In this document: piece by piece, positions 38,773 through 48,895 of the stretch
Position numbering within the stretch: the stretch's first letter is position 1
How the letters are laid out: every line of letters starts with the position of its first letter
Origin: a virus
Virus record (IMG/VR): IMGVR_UViG_3300035701_000003
Length of the DNA: 64,000 bases
Direction: 5' to 3' (one strand)
Position numbers and translations under genes: made by a program
The notes under the pieces: generated by a model
What the model was told of the DNA's origin: nothing
Seen by the model: only the letters and a program-made list of their open reading frames with translations
The model's database searches: none

Positions 38773-39597
38773 GTGAGTCAACGACTTCTCTTTGGAGATT
38801 TTTTAAAGATTAGTGATACACTTCCTAATGATTCTGTTCATTTATTTATAATAGATCCTCCTTATCTTATAGATTATAAGGATTGGGATAAACAGAACGA
38901 GACCTTTTTAATAGACTGGGTAAATATTTGTATTAATAAAATCTCTCCTAATGGCACTATGTGGATTTTCATGGCGAAGGATAATCTTTTTACCCACGAC
39001 ACCTGTAAACCGGGTTTAGTGAATCTTCTGCAACTTTATGGCACCGTTCATTTAGAAAATTGGGTTACTTGGAGCCGGCAAAAAGGAAGAGGTTCTTCTA
39101 AACATCTCAAATCTCAAAGGGAAGAACTTATACATTTTACAAAACATCCTACAGATTATACTTGGAATAATTTAAAAGTAATAAGGGAAGTAATAGTACC
39201 TTATGTGAAAGATGGTAGGGCTAGAGGTTGGTTTCTTAATGAAAAAGGTCAGAGAGTAAGATGGACGGGACTTGGTAACTCTTGGGTATTTTCTCAACCT
39301 CAATGGAATGGAAGATTAGATAAACAAAGACATACTGCCCAAAAACCTTTTTTACTATACGAAAGATTATTGTTACTTAGTTCCAATCCGGGCAACTCAG
39401 TAGTAGACCCTTTCGCTGGGTCTTTTACCTTAGCTCATGTGTGTAAATATCATCATAGAGATTACGTAGGGTTTGAAAATAACGGAAAAATATTTTATGA
39501 AAATAGTGCGTACTTTTATGACCATTATAAGGATGTTATAAAAGCTTACGAAGAAGAAAAGAGAAGTTTTATAAATAGCACGCCCCAGGAGGTTTAA
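38773..39597 (+). CDS. DNA methyltransferase, N6-A/N4-C beta class
   Basis: IIDPPY near the N-terminus, HTAQKP, VVDPFAGS near the C-terminus. Confidence 0.9.
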   Translation: MSQRLLFGDFLKISDTLPNDSVHLFIIDPPYLIDYKDWDKQNETFLIDWVNICINKISPNGTMWIFMAKDNLFTHDTCKPGLVNLLQLYGTVHLENWVTWSRQKGRGSSKHLKSQREELIHFTKHPTDYTWNNLKVIREVIVPYVKDGRARGWFLNEKGQRVRWTGLGNSWVFSQPQWNGRLDKQRHTAQKPFLLYERLLLLSSNPGNSVVDPFAGSFTLAHVCKYHHRDYVGFENNGKIFYENSAYFYDHYKDVIKAYEEEKRSFINSTPQEV

Positions 39598-39912
39598 ATG
39601 ATTGATAATCCTATGAGAGATAAAGAAGGATTTTATAATGAAATCAAGGAAACCACAAATTCTTATTTAGATGATCGCGAGTTAAGCCACCCTCCAGATT
39701 TTTTATATAATTGGATATTGGGAAATGTGTTAGAGAACTACGCTGTATTTCCTAAACATATATCTGTTGATAATTCTCAAGCTTATCGGTTTTTTGATAT
39801 AATATTACAATGGGCCCGCGTAGACCCCAGTACTAAGGAAATGGATATACCCGTAGAATCTATTTTACAGCATTTAGCTTCTGAAGGGTGGATAATAATT
39901 CCCCCTAAATGA
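39598..39912 (+). CDS. Hypothetical protein
   Basis: 104-aa ORF, tightly packed with its neighbours. Confidence 0.55.
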   Translation: MIDNPMRDKEGFYNEIKETTNSYLDDRELSHPPDFLYNWILGNVLENYAVFPKHISVDNSQAYRFFDIILQWARVDPSTKEMDIPVESILQHLASEGWIIIPPK

Positions 39913-39913
39913 T

Positions 39914-41359
39914 ATGAATACAATTGAAATACAATTTTCTCCTATTAAATGTAAAATTTTAACACCACTTTCTATAGATATGAGTAACTTATTGCATGCT
40001 GAGTTATCTTACCAAATGGAAGGATTCTTTTTTTCTCCTAAATATCAAAGTCATGTGTGGGATGGTTATACTAGACTATATAATAAAAAAAGTCAATCTT
40101 TTAAGACTGGTTTACTATACCGGGTAACTGACCTTTTGACTAAGGAAGGTTATGATGTACATGTTAAAGATTTACACGAAACTACTTCTTTTAACCAACG
40201 GAATTTTAGTTATGAATTAAGGCGATATCAATTAGAAGCTGTAAATGATTTATTAAAGTTTAGATTTGGCGTATTACAGTCCCCTCCAAGAAGTGGCAAA
40301 ACCATGATAATACTAGCTACTATAGATAGCGATAGACAATTACCAGCTATTATATTAAGCCGTAGTTTAGATTTAGCTTACCAAACTCGAGATAAGGCTT
40401 CTGAAGCTTTACAAGATCTTAAAATAGGTATAGTAGGCGACGGCAAGTGTGAAATAGGAGACGTTACTATTGTTACGGTACAGAGTGCTTATTCCGCATA
40501 TGGTCAAAAGTATAAATTAGAGAAAGGGGAGAAAAAAGAGAAACCTTTAGACGAGGATAAAGAAAGTGTAAAGGAATTGTTGTATAATACTAAGACAGTA
40601 TTTTATGACGAAGCTCATGAAAGTGATGGAAGAACTAGTAGAGTAATATTGGATAAGTGTTCTAATGTTACTATGAGGATTGGAGTATCAGCTACTCCTT
40701 TCGAAGGAGAAGAGCAAGACTTGAGAGTAGAAGAAGCTGTAGGACCTGTAATACATAAGATATCTTATTCAGAACTGATAAAAGAAGGTTACTTATTAGC
40801 TCCTCTTATTTACATGTATAAACTACCTAAAATAGTAGTTGAAGGTAACTATCAATCTATTTACAAACAAGCCGTTACTAATAATGAATTCTTAACTAGC
40901 CTCATTAAGAAGATAGTAGATAAATTAGTTTCTCAAAACTACTCTGTAGTAGTACAAACAGAATTTCGAGAGCATTCTAAGCGGCTGGCTCAAATTTTAG
41001 AATGTCCTTGTTTAATAGGTAATGAACCAGCTGAAAAAAGAAAAGATGTTTTAGACAAAATTCGAAATAGAGAGTACTTATGCGTAGTATCTACTTTAAT
41101 AGAACAGGGTATTGATTTACCTTCTCTTAATTTTACTATTAACCTTGCTGGTGGTAAAAAGAAAATACCTACTATTCAAAGGATGCGTTCTCTGACTCCT
41201 TATGAAGGTAAAAAAGTTTGTGGGGTAGTAGACTTTATTCATCAATGTAAATATCTCAAGAAACATAGTAACTTGAGAAAGACTTTTTATCAATCTGAAT
41301 CTGAGTTTACTTTACTTGAAAAAGATGTTAGTAAGAAATCCTTGGAGGAAATAACGTGA
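39914..41359 (+). CDS. Superfamily 2 helicase (UvsW/XPB-like)
   Basis: LRRYQ, SPPRSGKT, DEAH, SATP, GIDLP, QRMR. Confidence 0.9.
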   Translation: MNTIEIQFSPIKCKILTPLSIDMSNLLHAELSYQMEGFFFSPKYQSHVWDGYTRLYNKKSQSFKTGLLYRVTDLLTKEGYDVHVKDLHETTSFNQRNFSYELRRYQLEAVNDLLKFRFGVLQSPPRSGKTMIILATIDSDRQLPAIILSRSLDLAYQTRDKASEALQDLKIGIVGDGKCEIGDVTIVTVQSAYSAYGQKYKLEKGEKKEKPLDEDKESVKELLYNTKTVFYDEAHESDGRTSRVILDKCSNVTMRIGVSATPFEGEEQDLRVEEAVGPVIHKISYSELIKEGYLLAPLIYMYKLPKIVVEGNYQSIYKQAVTNNEFLTSLIKKIVDKLVSQNYSVVVQTEFREHSKRLAQILECPCLIGNEPAEKRKDVLDKIRNREYLCVVSTLIEQGIDLPSLNFTINLAGGKKKIPTIQRMRSLTPYEGKKVCGVVDFIHQCKYLKKHSNLRKTFYQSESEFTLLEKDVSKKSLEEIT

Positions 41360-41679
41360 CAAGAACCGAAAGAAAAAGAAAAAGAAAAATCCAAGTAAAT
41401 CAACTTTCTAGTAATTATTTAGGAGAATTTGCTGATTATTTAGAAAAGAATGTTATGGGTAATGACGCTGATGGTACTACTATGTTTATAAGATGTTTAG
41501 CAGATATAATGGATAGGATTAAATTACATATTAAACAACACCCTACGGAAGCCGAAGTATACAGAGAAGCAGGGCATTATTTTATAGAATCAGCTATAGA
41601 TACTTTGAATGAATCTGTTCCTGATTTTCTTATAGATGCAGAGAACTTAAAAATAAAACTGGGCTACTATATTCAATAA
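41356..41679 (+). CDS. Hypothetical protein
   Basis: 107-aa ORF with GTGA overlap and a basic N-terminus. Confidence 0.55.
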   Translation: MTRTERKRKRKIQVNQLSSNYLGEFADYLEKNVMGNDADGTTMFIRCLADIMDRIKLHIKQHPTEAEVYREAGHYFIESAIDTLNESVPDFLIDAENLKIKLGYYIQ

Positions 41680-41686
41680 AGATATT

Positions 41687-42094
41687 ATGCCTACTATTAG
41701 AGTTTCGCCTTTAGTTGATATACATAAGGACATACCCTTATGGAATAGTCGTGATTTACTTATCTATTATTCTAATAAGCTAAAGGAATTTTCTGGAGAG
41801 CACTTAGAAATACCTCCAGTTGCTTGGCGCGGTTTTATGGGTAGAATTAAAGGTTTTAAAGATAAACTACATTTATCCAGCCAAGATTATAAGAATTTTA
41901 TGGATGATGTATTCCGCAAATTATATATAGATAAACATTACGTACCGGCCTTCGGCGCTATTGTCAGCGAACGTGTTTATAATTTATTGAAAAAGGATTC
42001 TTTAAAACAGTATAGTAATGAGGATTTTATTGCTTTAAGAGATAAGTTATTTCAAGATAAATTATTATTCAAACAAGTTGGAGGTACCTTATAA
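41687..42094 (+). CDS. Hypothetical protein, possibly replisome-associated
   Basis: 135 aa, two genes upstream of the DnaC-like loader; the function is inferred from position only. Confidence 0.4.
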   Translation: MPTIRVSPLVDIHKDIPLWNSRDLLIYYSNKLKEFSGEHLEIPPVAWRGFMGRIKGFKDKLHLSSQDYKNFMDDVFRKLYIDKHYVPAFGAIVSERVYNLLKKDSLKQYSNEDFIALRDKLFQDKLLFKQVGGTL

Positions 42095-42321
42095 TGTATT
42101 TTTTAATTTATAGACTAGGCACTGTTTTACATAAAAGAATTTTCCCCGATTATACTTCTTGGAATACTATTCTCGATTCTTTCAAAGGTATTGTAGTTGA
42201 GTTATTTAAGAACGATAGATTAAGTGAAAGAGACTTTAACAATTTATTTAGCGTGACGAGAAGAGATTTTATGGTTTGTGTTAAAAATGGCACTACTTTT
42301 AATGTAATGGATGGCTATTGA
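42094..42321 (+). CDS. Hypothetical protein
   Basis: 75 aa, TAATG overlap. Confidence 0.5.
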   Translation: MYFLIYRLGTVLHKRIFPDYTSWNTILDSFKGIVVELFKNDRLSERDFNNLFSVTRRDFMVCVKNGTTFNVMDGY

Positions 42322-43079
42322 TGGGTAATTTGTTTTATATAACTTCAGATCAAGTAGCTGAGATAAAACAAAATACTATAGGAGTGACCTGCGAAGGCAC
42401 TTGTCAAGGTACTGGATTTCTATTAAAAGGTTTTAATCTCGAAGATTGTACCTGTTCTAAAGATTTTCTAAGAGTAGTATCTTACGTGGGGTCTGGTATT
42501 CCTAAAAAGTATTGGGATTTCGACCTAAGACATTTAATTCCCGAATTTCTTACTAATAATAAAATATCACTTTCCATTATAGATAAGTTTAGAACAGATA
42601 TACAAAAAGCTACAGACCAAGGTATAGGATTATACATACAAGGCGCATCCGGCGTAGCAAAAACCTCTTTAGCTTTTTATATTATGAAAACAGCGCTTGA
42701 TAAAGACATACCTTGTTACGCAATTAGAATGTCTCAATTAACTAAGTTACTATTTGAAAGTTTAACTAACGAGGATAAGAAACAACAATTGGATTTTATA
42801 AAGAATACTACGAAACTATTGTTAATAGACGAGATTGAAAAAGATTATAATGTTGGGGATACGGGTAAGTTTGCTGGAACCCAGGTGAACGAATTTTTTA
42901 GTTATATATATGATAGTCAAAAGTCTCTTATAATTACTTCTAACCTTCCCAAGGCCGAACTACGGCACGTACACGCTTTTAATATTATAGATAGATTGCA
43001 GGAATTGATTGATGTAATTTTAGTAGGAGAAAGCTTTAGAAATTATGATACTAATTTGCAAAAACTTATGAATAGTTGA
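42318..43079 (+). CDS. DnaC/IstB-like helicase loader ATPase
   Basis: Cys cluster CEGTC...CTC, Walker A GASGVAKT, LLLIDEI, IITSN...IDRL. Confidence 0.85.
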   Translation: MMGNLFYITSDQVAEIKQNTIGVTCEGTCQGTGFLLKGFNLEDCTCSKDFLRVVSYVGSGIPKKYWDFDLRHLIPEFLTNNKISLSIIDKFRTDIQKATDQGIGLYIQGASGVAKTSLAFYIMKTALDKDIPCYAIRMSQLTKLLFESLTNEDKKQQLDFIKNTTKLLLIDEIEKDYNVGDTGKFAGTQVNEFFSYIYDSQKSLIITSNLPKAELRHVHAFNIIDRLQELIDVILVGESFRNYDTNLQKLMNS

Positions 43080-44401
43080 TTATGCCTTCTTTAAGATTTA
43101 ATGATTTTGATACTGAACGTTACTTTTTAGCTTGTTGCTTAAAAGGGCCCGAGCATTGGAAGAATATACCAGAAGCTTGGTTACACGAAGATATTAGTAA
43201 AAGAACTTATAAGTCTTATAAGAGTTTCTTATCTCCTCCTTACGCTACTTATCCTACAGTGGAGTTAATTATAGAAAAAAGTAGTGATGTTGATGTAAAA
43301 CTTTTTACGCAAGAAATTAGTCAAATAAAAATAGATGAGAAACTAATTAATTCTAAAGTATATGACCTCTATGAAATGTACGCCGCGCGTAAAGTATTTG
43401 ATATAGTAGAAAGAGTACCTAATGAAATGGAGAAAGGAAAAATTGAAGAGGTAATAAGAAGTAAAGTTTTTGAATTTTCTCAATTAGTTAATCCTTTCGA
43501 AGCCGGTTCTAGAGAAAGAGGTTTTATATATGAAAGCGCTGCAGCTCGATGGGAACGTTACCGTATGATAGAAAAGAATCCCCAATTACTGGGAGGTATT
43601 CCTTATCATATTAGTGACTTGGATAAGTATACATCAGGAGGACTTAGAAAATCCCATGTAGTATCCTTCTTTGCAGAGACTGGCGGCTTTAAGACTAAGG
43701 TTATGCTGAATTTAGCCTATAATTTTTCCTTTTTAGACGAAAAAGAAGTTATGGTTATAACTTTAGAAGTACCTAAAGACGACTACGAATCACTAATAGA
43801 TAGTAGGCATTCTTTACTTTCTTTTAACGAAATACGTTCTGGTGCTTTAGGAGGTAATAAAGAACACTATAGACAACAACTTATAAATATTAAACAAACT
43901 AATCCACGTCTTTATATAGTTGATATTCCTGGGGAAGCTACTACCGCTGATATTATTGCAGAATTAGAATTATATTATACTATAAGAGGTAACTACCCCA
44001 GCGTTATTATTTTAGATTATCTTAATGAAATAGAACCTGTTTCCTCTTGGAATAATACTAGTGAGAAGTTTAAGAACGCCGGGGTTGAAATAAGAAGAAT
44101 AGCTAGAACCTATAAGGTAGGTTTTGTTACTAGTATGATGGAAAATAGAGAAGGTAAAAAAATAAAAGATAAAACTAAGATAGGATTAGAACATGTTTCT
44201 GAAAGTCATTATTTTGCTAACGTGTGCCATTTATTTATTCATTTATATCAAGATGCGGAAGGAGTAGATGCTGCTACTAATCAGTTACACTGGCATATAA
44301 AGAAAAACAGATACGGACCTAAACATGTTAGTTTTACTACTTTTGTTAATCCAGATTTAAATTATGTAGGCGACAGACATATAATTGTTCCTCCAAACTA
44401 A
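43076..44401 (+). CDS. DnaB-like replicative helicase
   Basis: LDKYTSGG, AETGGFKT, ITLEV, ILDYL, KKNRYG. Confidence 0.9.
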   Translation: MIMPSLRFNDFDTERYFLACCLKGPEHWKNIPEAWLHEDISKRTYKSYKSFLSPPYATYPTVELIIEKSSDVDVKLFTQEISQIKIDEKLINSKVYDLYEMYAARKVFDIVERVPNEMEKGKIEEVIRSKVFEFSQLVNPFEAGSRERGFIYESAAARWERYRMIEKNPQLLGGIPYHISDLDKYTSGGLRKSHVVSFFAETGGFKTKVMLNLAYNFSFLDEKEVMVITLEVPKDDYESLIDSRHSLLSFNEIRSGALGGNKEHYRQQLINIKQTNPRLYIVDIPGEATTADIIAELELYYTIRGNYPSVIILDYLNEIEPVSSWNNTSEKFKNAGVEIRRIARTYKVGFVTSMMENREGKKIKDKTKIGLEHVSESHYFANVCHLFIHLYQDAEGVDAATNQLHWHIKKNRYGPKHVSFTTFVNPDLNYVGDRHIIVPPN

Positions 44402-44932
44402 ATGATAGATGATTTTACCGAAATATTAGATCATTACGATATTCCTTATAAGGAAAAATTATTATCTCCCGAGATTGATGTTTTATGTCCTTTTCATGAT
44501 GATGTTCATTTTGGTAACGCTAAATACAATAAGAATCGCGATACCTTCCATTGTTTTAGTTGTAATGCTAGCGGTAATAAATATCAATTTGTAAGTAAAC
44601 TAGAAGGTTGTACTTTAAAGGAAGCAGAAGCTTTACTTGAAAGTAATTTTAAGAAAGAAAGAGAAACTTATAATATTTCTACCTTAAAAGATAACTTAAA
44701 AAGGAAAACTAATAAATGGTTAACTAGGCCCTTTGCTTCAGCTGCTTTACTTTCGTGCAACGATAAGATGTTGCAAGTTATGTGTGAAAAAAGACCTCCG
44801 TATTCTTTTCTAAAGAAGTGGTTTCCCATTATGTGTTATTTAAGAGGGCCTTCTTCCGAAGAATTACTTGAAAAAGAAATAGTAAATATTTACGGAGAAT
44901 TTTATAAACAGTTAAATCAGGAGACGACATGA
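44402..44932 (+). CDS. Stand-alone CHC2 zinc-finger (DnaG zinc-binding domain) protein
   Basis: LCPFHDD...FHCFSCNASGN..QFV...EG, followed by an unrelated tail; no Toprim domain. Confidence 0.85.
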   Translation: MIDDFTEILDHYDIPYKEKLLSPEIDVLCPFHDDVHFGNAKYNKNRDTFHCFSCNASGNKYQFVSKLEGCTLKEAEALLESNFKKERETYNISTLKDNLKRKTNKWLTRPFASAALLSCNDKMLQVMCEKRPPYSFLKKWFPIMCYLRGPSSEELLEKEIVNIYGEFYKQLNQETT

Positions 44933-45822
44933 GTGAATTACCGGATATGCAAAATCAGCAAGATGGGCGAAATATTTCTATTGATAGAGTAGGGGTTACT
45001 AATGTATATTTTCCTATTAAAGTAAGATTAAAAGGGGAAGACGAAGATAAGCAACCTTCCTACCTTCCTGTTTCCGCACATACTAAACTCTTTGTAGGGT
45101 TGCCTAAAGAATATAAAGGGGCTAACTTATCTCGTTTTTACGAGAGCTTGATGGAATTTAATCAACATGTTATATCTGCAAGAACTATGCCTAAACTATT
45201 AGACTTATTAAGGACTAAGTTAAAAAGTAATGATGCCTATGCTAGATTTGAATTTGATTACTACTTGGATAGAAAAGCCCCCGTGTCTAAGAAAGAAGCC
45301 CCTCAGCGATATAGATGCGCGTTTACTGGTATTAAAAGAAATGGTGATTATAGTTTTATAATAGAAGTAAACGTAGTAGCTGCAAGTCTTTGTCCTTGTA
45401 GTAGGGAAATGAGTTTATTAACTAATTTAACGCACGGGAAAGAAATAACCTATAGTAAAGACTATCAGTGTCCTGATGTGGCTAAAAAGGTTGGCATGGG
45501 GGCTCATAATCAACGTTCTCACATTAGAGTCGAGTTAATTTCCGAAGAGGGTGATATTATATGGTTAGAAGATCTTATTGGGGTTATAGAAAAACAAGCT
45601 TCTGCTCCCGTGTATCCTATATTAAAAAGAGCCGATGAAAAATTTGTTACTGAACAAGCTTACAATAATGCTAAATTTTCTGAAGACATTACGAGAGATG
45701 TACAGATTGCCATCGAATCTTTACCTCATGTAAAAGCATGGGCTTTGAGGGTTTACAACGAGGAGTCAATTCATCCCTATGATGTGGCTTGTTATCAATG
45801 TTCTCCCAGTTGGAAATATTAA
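44929..45822 (+). CDS. folE2: GTP cyclohydrolase IB
   Basis: LPDMQ, IDRVGV, SLCPCS, AHNQRS, ILKRADEK, ESIH. Confidence 0.92.
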   Translation: MSELPDMQNQQDGRNISIDRVGVTNVYFPIKVRLKGEDEDKQPSYLPVSAHTKLFVGLPKEYKGANLSRFYESLMEFNQHVISARTMPKLLDLLRTKLKSNDAYARFEFDYYLDRKAPVSKKEAPQRYRCAFTGIKRNGDYSFIIEVNVVAASLCPCSREMSLLTNLTHGKEITYSKDYQCPDVAKKVGMGAHNQRSHIRVELISEEGDIIWLEDLIGVIEKQASAPVYPILKRADEKFVTEQAYNNAKFSEDITRDVQIAIESLPHVKAWALRVYNEESIHPYDVACYQCSPSWKY

Positions 45823-46373
45823 TGAATAAAACTTTCTATACAAGCGATCATCATTTTTTTCATGAAAACATAATTAATTTATGTAATCGTCCTTTTAAAG
45901 ACCTATCAGAAATGAATCAGTTTATGATAGACAGTTGGAATTCCGTGGTCGCTCCTATTGATAATGTAATTTATGGAGGAGATTTAGTCTTGGGTAGTTC
46001 TCGGCATTATAAAGAGAAAGTAAAAGATCTATTATTACAATTAAACGGAGTTAAATTCTTAGTTAGAGGTAATCATGATCGTTCTCGAAAAGTTATGCTT
46101 AAATTAGGTTTTATCGATGTATACCCCTTTACTTACCTTACAGATTCTAGTGTTAATATATTTATAGTACATAACTTAATGCGTAATTTCGACCAATATC
46201 AGTCTTATATAGAAGTAGCTGACGTTGTATTATACGGGCATGCTCATAACAAAGTTTATGACGACTCTAGAATTAAAGACAATAAAAAATTTATAAATAT
46301 CAGTGTTGAAAATTTAGATTACTTACCTTATACCATATTACAATTAATAGGAAAATCCAATGCCAAAATTTGA
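45822..46373 (+). CDS. Calcineurin-like metallophosphoesterase
   Basis: TSDHHFFH, GGD, RGNHD, VH, YGHAH, INISVE. Confidence 0.9.
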   Translation: MNKTFYTSDHHFFHENIINLCNRPFKDLSEMNQFMIDSWNSVVAPIDNVIYGGDLVLGSSRHYKEKVKDLLLQLNGVKFLVRGNHDRSRKVMLKLGFIDVYPFTYLTDSSVNIFIVHNLMRNFDQYQSYIEVADVVLYGHAHNKVYDDSRIKDNKKFINISVENLDYLPYTILQLIGKSNAKI

Positions 46374-46755
46374 ATCTAAAGTTGTATTACAGTATGATTG
46401 CAATGGAGTTTTTAAAAGAAAATTCTATAGTATCTATAGAGCCTCTCAAAAATTAAATATCGATGGTGGTCATATTTGTAGAGCTATAAAAACTAACAGT
46501 ACTGCTGGTGGTTTTTATTGGAAATACGCTACCGGGGAAATTCATGATATAGTTATTAAGATAAAGCCAAGAAGAGGAAAAAAAGTAGATGTATTTTTAA
46601 AAGGTAACCATATTTGTACTAGTTGTAATCTTATAGAAGCTTCTGAGTTAACAGAAATTTCCGTTAGTACTATTAGACTGCATTTAGATGGTCTTCCTAT
46701 AAAAGGATACGATTTTACTTTTAAACTCACGTGTAATAAAGAAAAAAAGGAGTAA
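46360..46755 (+). CDS. Tandem NUMOD1-like helix-turn-helix protein without a nuclease domain
   Basis: VLQYDCNGVFKRKFYSIYRASQKL...ICRAIK...TAGGFYWKY, plus a second degenerate copy. Confidence 0.75.
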   Translation: MPKFESKVVLQYDCNGVFKRKFYSIYRASQKLNIDGGHICRAIKTNSTAGGFYWKYATGEIHDIVIKIKPRRGKKVDVFLKGNHICTSCNLIEASELTEISVSTIRLHLDGLPIKGYDFTFKLTCNKEKKE

Positions 46756-46759
46756 CTTT

Positions 46760-47605
46760 ATGGAAGATATTAAATTAAAATTTGCAGCTATTTCCTTTTC
46801 CGGAGGAATGGATTCCTCTACTCTATTGCTACGTTTATTATACGAAGGTTATGTTGTAATAGCTTTAAGTTTTGATTATGGTCAAAAACATTCTTTGGAA
46901 CTTACTAAAGCTAAGGAACTTATTGAGTACCTTTACTATGGTGGTTATCATGTAGTTCACCGTGTAATTACATTAACTGGTCTTAGTGCTTTATTAGATT
47001 CTACTTTAGTACGTGGAGGAGCTGATATTCCCGAGGGTTACTATAAAGAAGAGAATATGAGAGTAACCGTAGTGCCTAATAGAAATAAAATCTTTTCTTC
47101 TATCGTACAAGCTGTTGCCTTAAGCACCGCTAACAGATATAAAACCGTTAGTGTAGTAGCTTTAGGTATACATCAAGGAGACCATGATATTTATCCCGAT
47201 TGCCGACAAGAGTTTAGGGATGCTGATTTACAAGCCTTTAGATTAGGTAACTGGGATAGCGATAAAGTAACTATGTATACACCTTATTTAGATTTAACTA
47301 AATTTGAAATCTTGCAAAATGGGGTATTACTTTGTGAGAAACTGCAGTTGAATTTTGACGAAGTTTATAAAAGAACCAATACTTCGTATAAACCTATTTT
47401 TATAGGTAATGATATTTACCCCGGTCATCCTGAGTTTGGGGGTAATTGGTATCCCGATTATAAGTCTGCTTCAAGTATAGAGAGGGTTGAAGCTTTTATA
47501 AAATTAGGACGCCCCGACCCTTTGCAATATGCCGATGAGAGCGGGCTAGTATCATGGCGTGCTGTGACAAATTACTTTACGAATCTTATAAATAAGGTTA
47601 AATAA
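46760..47605 (+). CDS. queC: 7-cyano-7-deazaguanine (preQ0) synthase
   Basis: SFSGGMDSST, FDYGQKH, VPNRN, YPDCR. The C-terminal Zn Cys motif is replaced by DYKSASSIER. Confidence 0.92.
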   Translation: MEDIKLKFAAISFSGGMDSSTLLLRLLYEGYVVIALSFDYGQKHSLELTKAKELIEYLYYGGYHVVHRVITLTGLSALLDSTLVRGGADIPEGYYKEENMRVTVVPNRNKIFSSIVQAVALSTANRYKTVSVVALGIHQGDHDIYPDCRQEFRDADLQAFRLGNWDSDKVTMYTPYLDLTKFEILQNGVLLCEKLQLNFDEVYKRTNTSYKPIFIGNDIYPGHPEFGGNWYPDYKSASSIERVEAFIKLGRPDPLQYADESGLVSWRAVTNYFTNLINKVK

Positions 47606-47724
47606 CGTAATAATAATGTACTTTCTTAAAAAGTATTGAAAATGACTAAATTTCTTATGATTTTTGGTTTGGATCTTTCGAAGCACCTCTATATATTTAA
47701 GTAGGAAATAGAAGGAGTTTTTAA

Positions 47725-48120
47725 ATGTATGCTTTAATAATAATTTTTATAATAATAGTAATAATCGAATCTTCTCATACTCGAAAGACCATGCAAGATT
47801 CTATTAATCGTTTACAAGATAACGATACTACTTCTAAAAAGGTTCCTGCCGGTTTTCAAATTACTTCCCGAGAAACCAGTTCCTTTGGTTATAAACAACT
47901 CCTAACTAGTCTTCACGTGCCTCCGGATGTTTATGTTTTATCGCCATTGGTTCCCACCTTAAGTTCTTTAGGTATTATGTTTATTATTTGTGGAAACTGC
48001 AAGAAATCCTTTTATAGTAAAGATGGTAAGGAATGCCCTCATTGTATGCAAGATAATCCAAAGAATATTTATAAATACACTAATTCACTAACCACCAATC
48101 AACAAAGGAGTAATAAATAA
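47725..48120 (+). CDS. Membrane-anchored zinc-ribbon protein
   Basis: N-terminal hydrophobic run ALIIIFIIIVII; CGNC...CPHC. Confidence 0.55.
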   Translation: MYALIIIFIIIVIIESSHTRKTMQDSINRLQDNDTTSKKVPAGFQITSRETSSFGYKQLLTSLHVPPDVYVLSPLVPTLSSLGIMFIICGNCKKSFYSKDGKECPHCMQDNPKNIYKYTNSLTTNQQRSNK

Positions 48121-48851
48121 TGAATGCTGGAACCAAACAACAACTCCGTTTAACTATAAGAACTTTGGCAGAGACCGCCTGCCGGAAGATGACTATATCT
48201 GAACAGGAGGAATTTTTTAAGTATCAAGAGCAACGAATAGCTTCTGGGGAAGCTATTCCCAAACGCTATAAAGTACCCGTTAGGAAATATTATAAGGGTG
48301 TCAAGAAAGGGAAGGCTAAGGAAGTTTATGAAATTGATGGAAAAACTTTCGAGCAACTTTGGAATAAACTTTTGAATTACGCTTTGATATCTAGTGTAAA
48401 TAGTCACTCTAATGGTTTTACTGATATTAATGTTCAGGAAGATGTATTAGATATAAGATATCATTGTTTTAGAATTTTGAGATTTTTCGGGCCAAAGCCA
48501 ATGGGAGTAACTTTCGATAAATTCTTTCCATTACTAGTTCACAGTTTATTAATTAATAGTGCTAATAGAAGATATAAGACGCTAAGAACGCAGATTAACT
48601 TTAAAGCAGTCAGTTTATTCGAATCGATACCAGGTAACGGCTTTGATGATGATGAATCTTATCTAATAGATACTTTAGCTGATGAATCCTTACCAAAGCA
48701 ACGCGATTTAGAATTACTGTTAGATACCCCGGAACCGTTAAAAGAAGGAGTAGAAAACCTTTTGGGAGGTACTTCTCTTACAGAGGTATGTAAAAAACTA
48801 AAAGTAAAAACTTCGCGTTTTCGCGAACAAATGGAACCCGTTTTAAGATAA
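48120..48851 (+). CDS. Divergent sigma-factor-like protein
   Basis: Region-2-like QEDV...FRILRFFG...GVTFDKFF..LVHSLLIN; SL...DD..YLIDTLAD; C-terminal HTH SLTEVCKKLKV. Confidence 0.5.
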   Translation: MNAGTKQQLRLTIRTLAETACRKMTISEQEEFFKYQEQRIASGEAIPKRYKVPVRKYYKGVKKGKAKEVYEIDGKTFEQLWNKLLNYALISSVNSHSNGFTDINVQEDVLDIRYHCFRILRFFGPKPMGVTFDKFFPLLVHSLLINSANRRYKTLRTQINFKAVSLFESIPGNGFDDDESYLIDTLADESLPKQRDLELLLDTPEPLKEGVENLLGGTSLTEVCKKLKVKTSRFREQMEPVLR

Positions 48852-48895
48852 TTCGTGTTTTATAAATAAAGATAAATAAAGAAGGAATAATAAAA

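Noticed and set aside
42318-44401. Non-canonical Walker A motifs (GASGVAKT, AETGGFKT) as inactivated ATPases
   Set aside because: The catalytic Lys-Thr and Walker B are retained, and such variation is common in phage enzymes.
46760-47605. QueC lacking the Zn-binding cysteines as a pseudogene or anti-defence QatC-like protein
   Set aside because: The ORF and ATP-binding motifs are intact, I recall this Cys-less C-terminus in some bacterial QueCs, and the queE/folE2 context supports the standard role.
48859-48870. TATAAATA as a T4-type late promoter
   Set aside because: It is a single instance in very AT-rich DNA, and no gp55- or gp33-like genes were seen.
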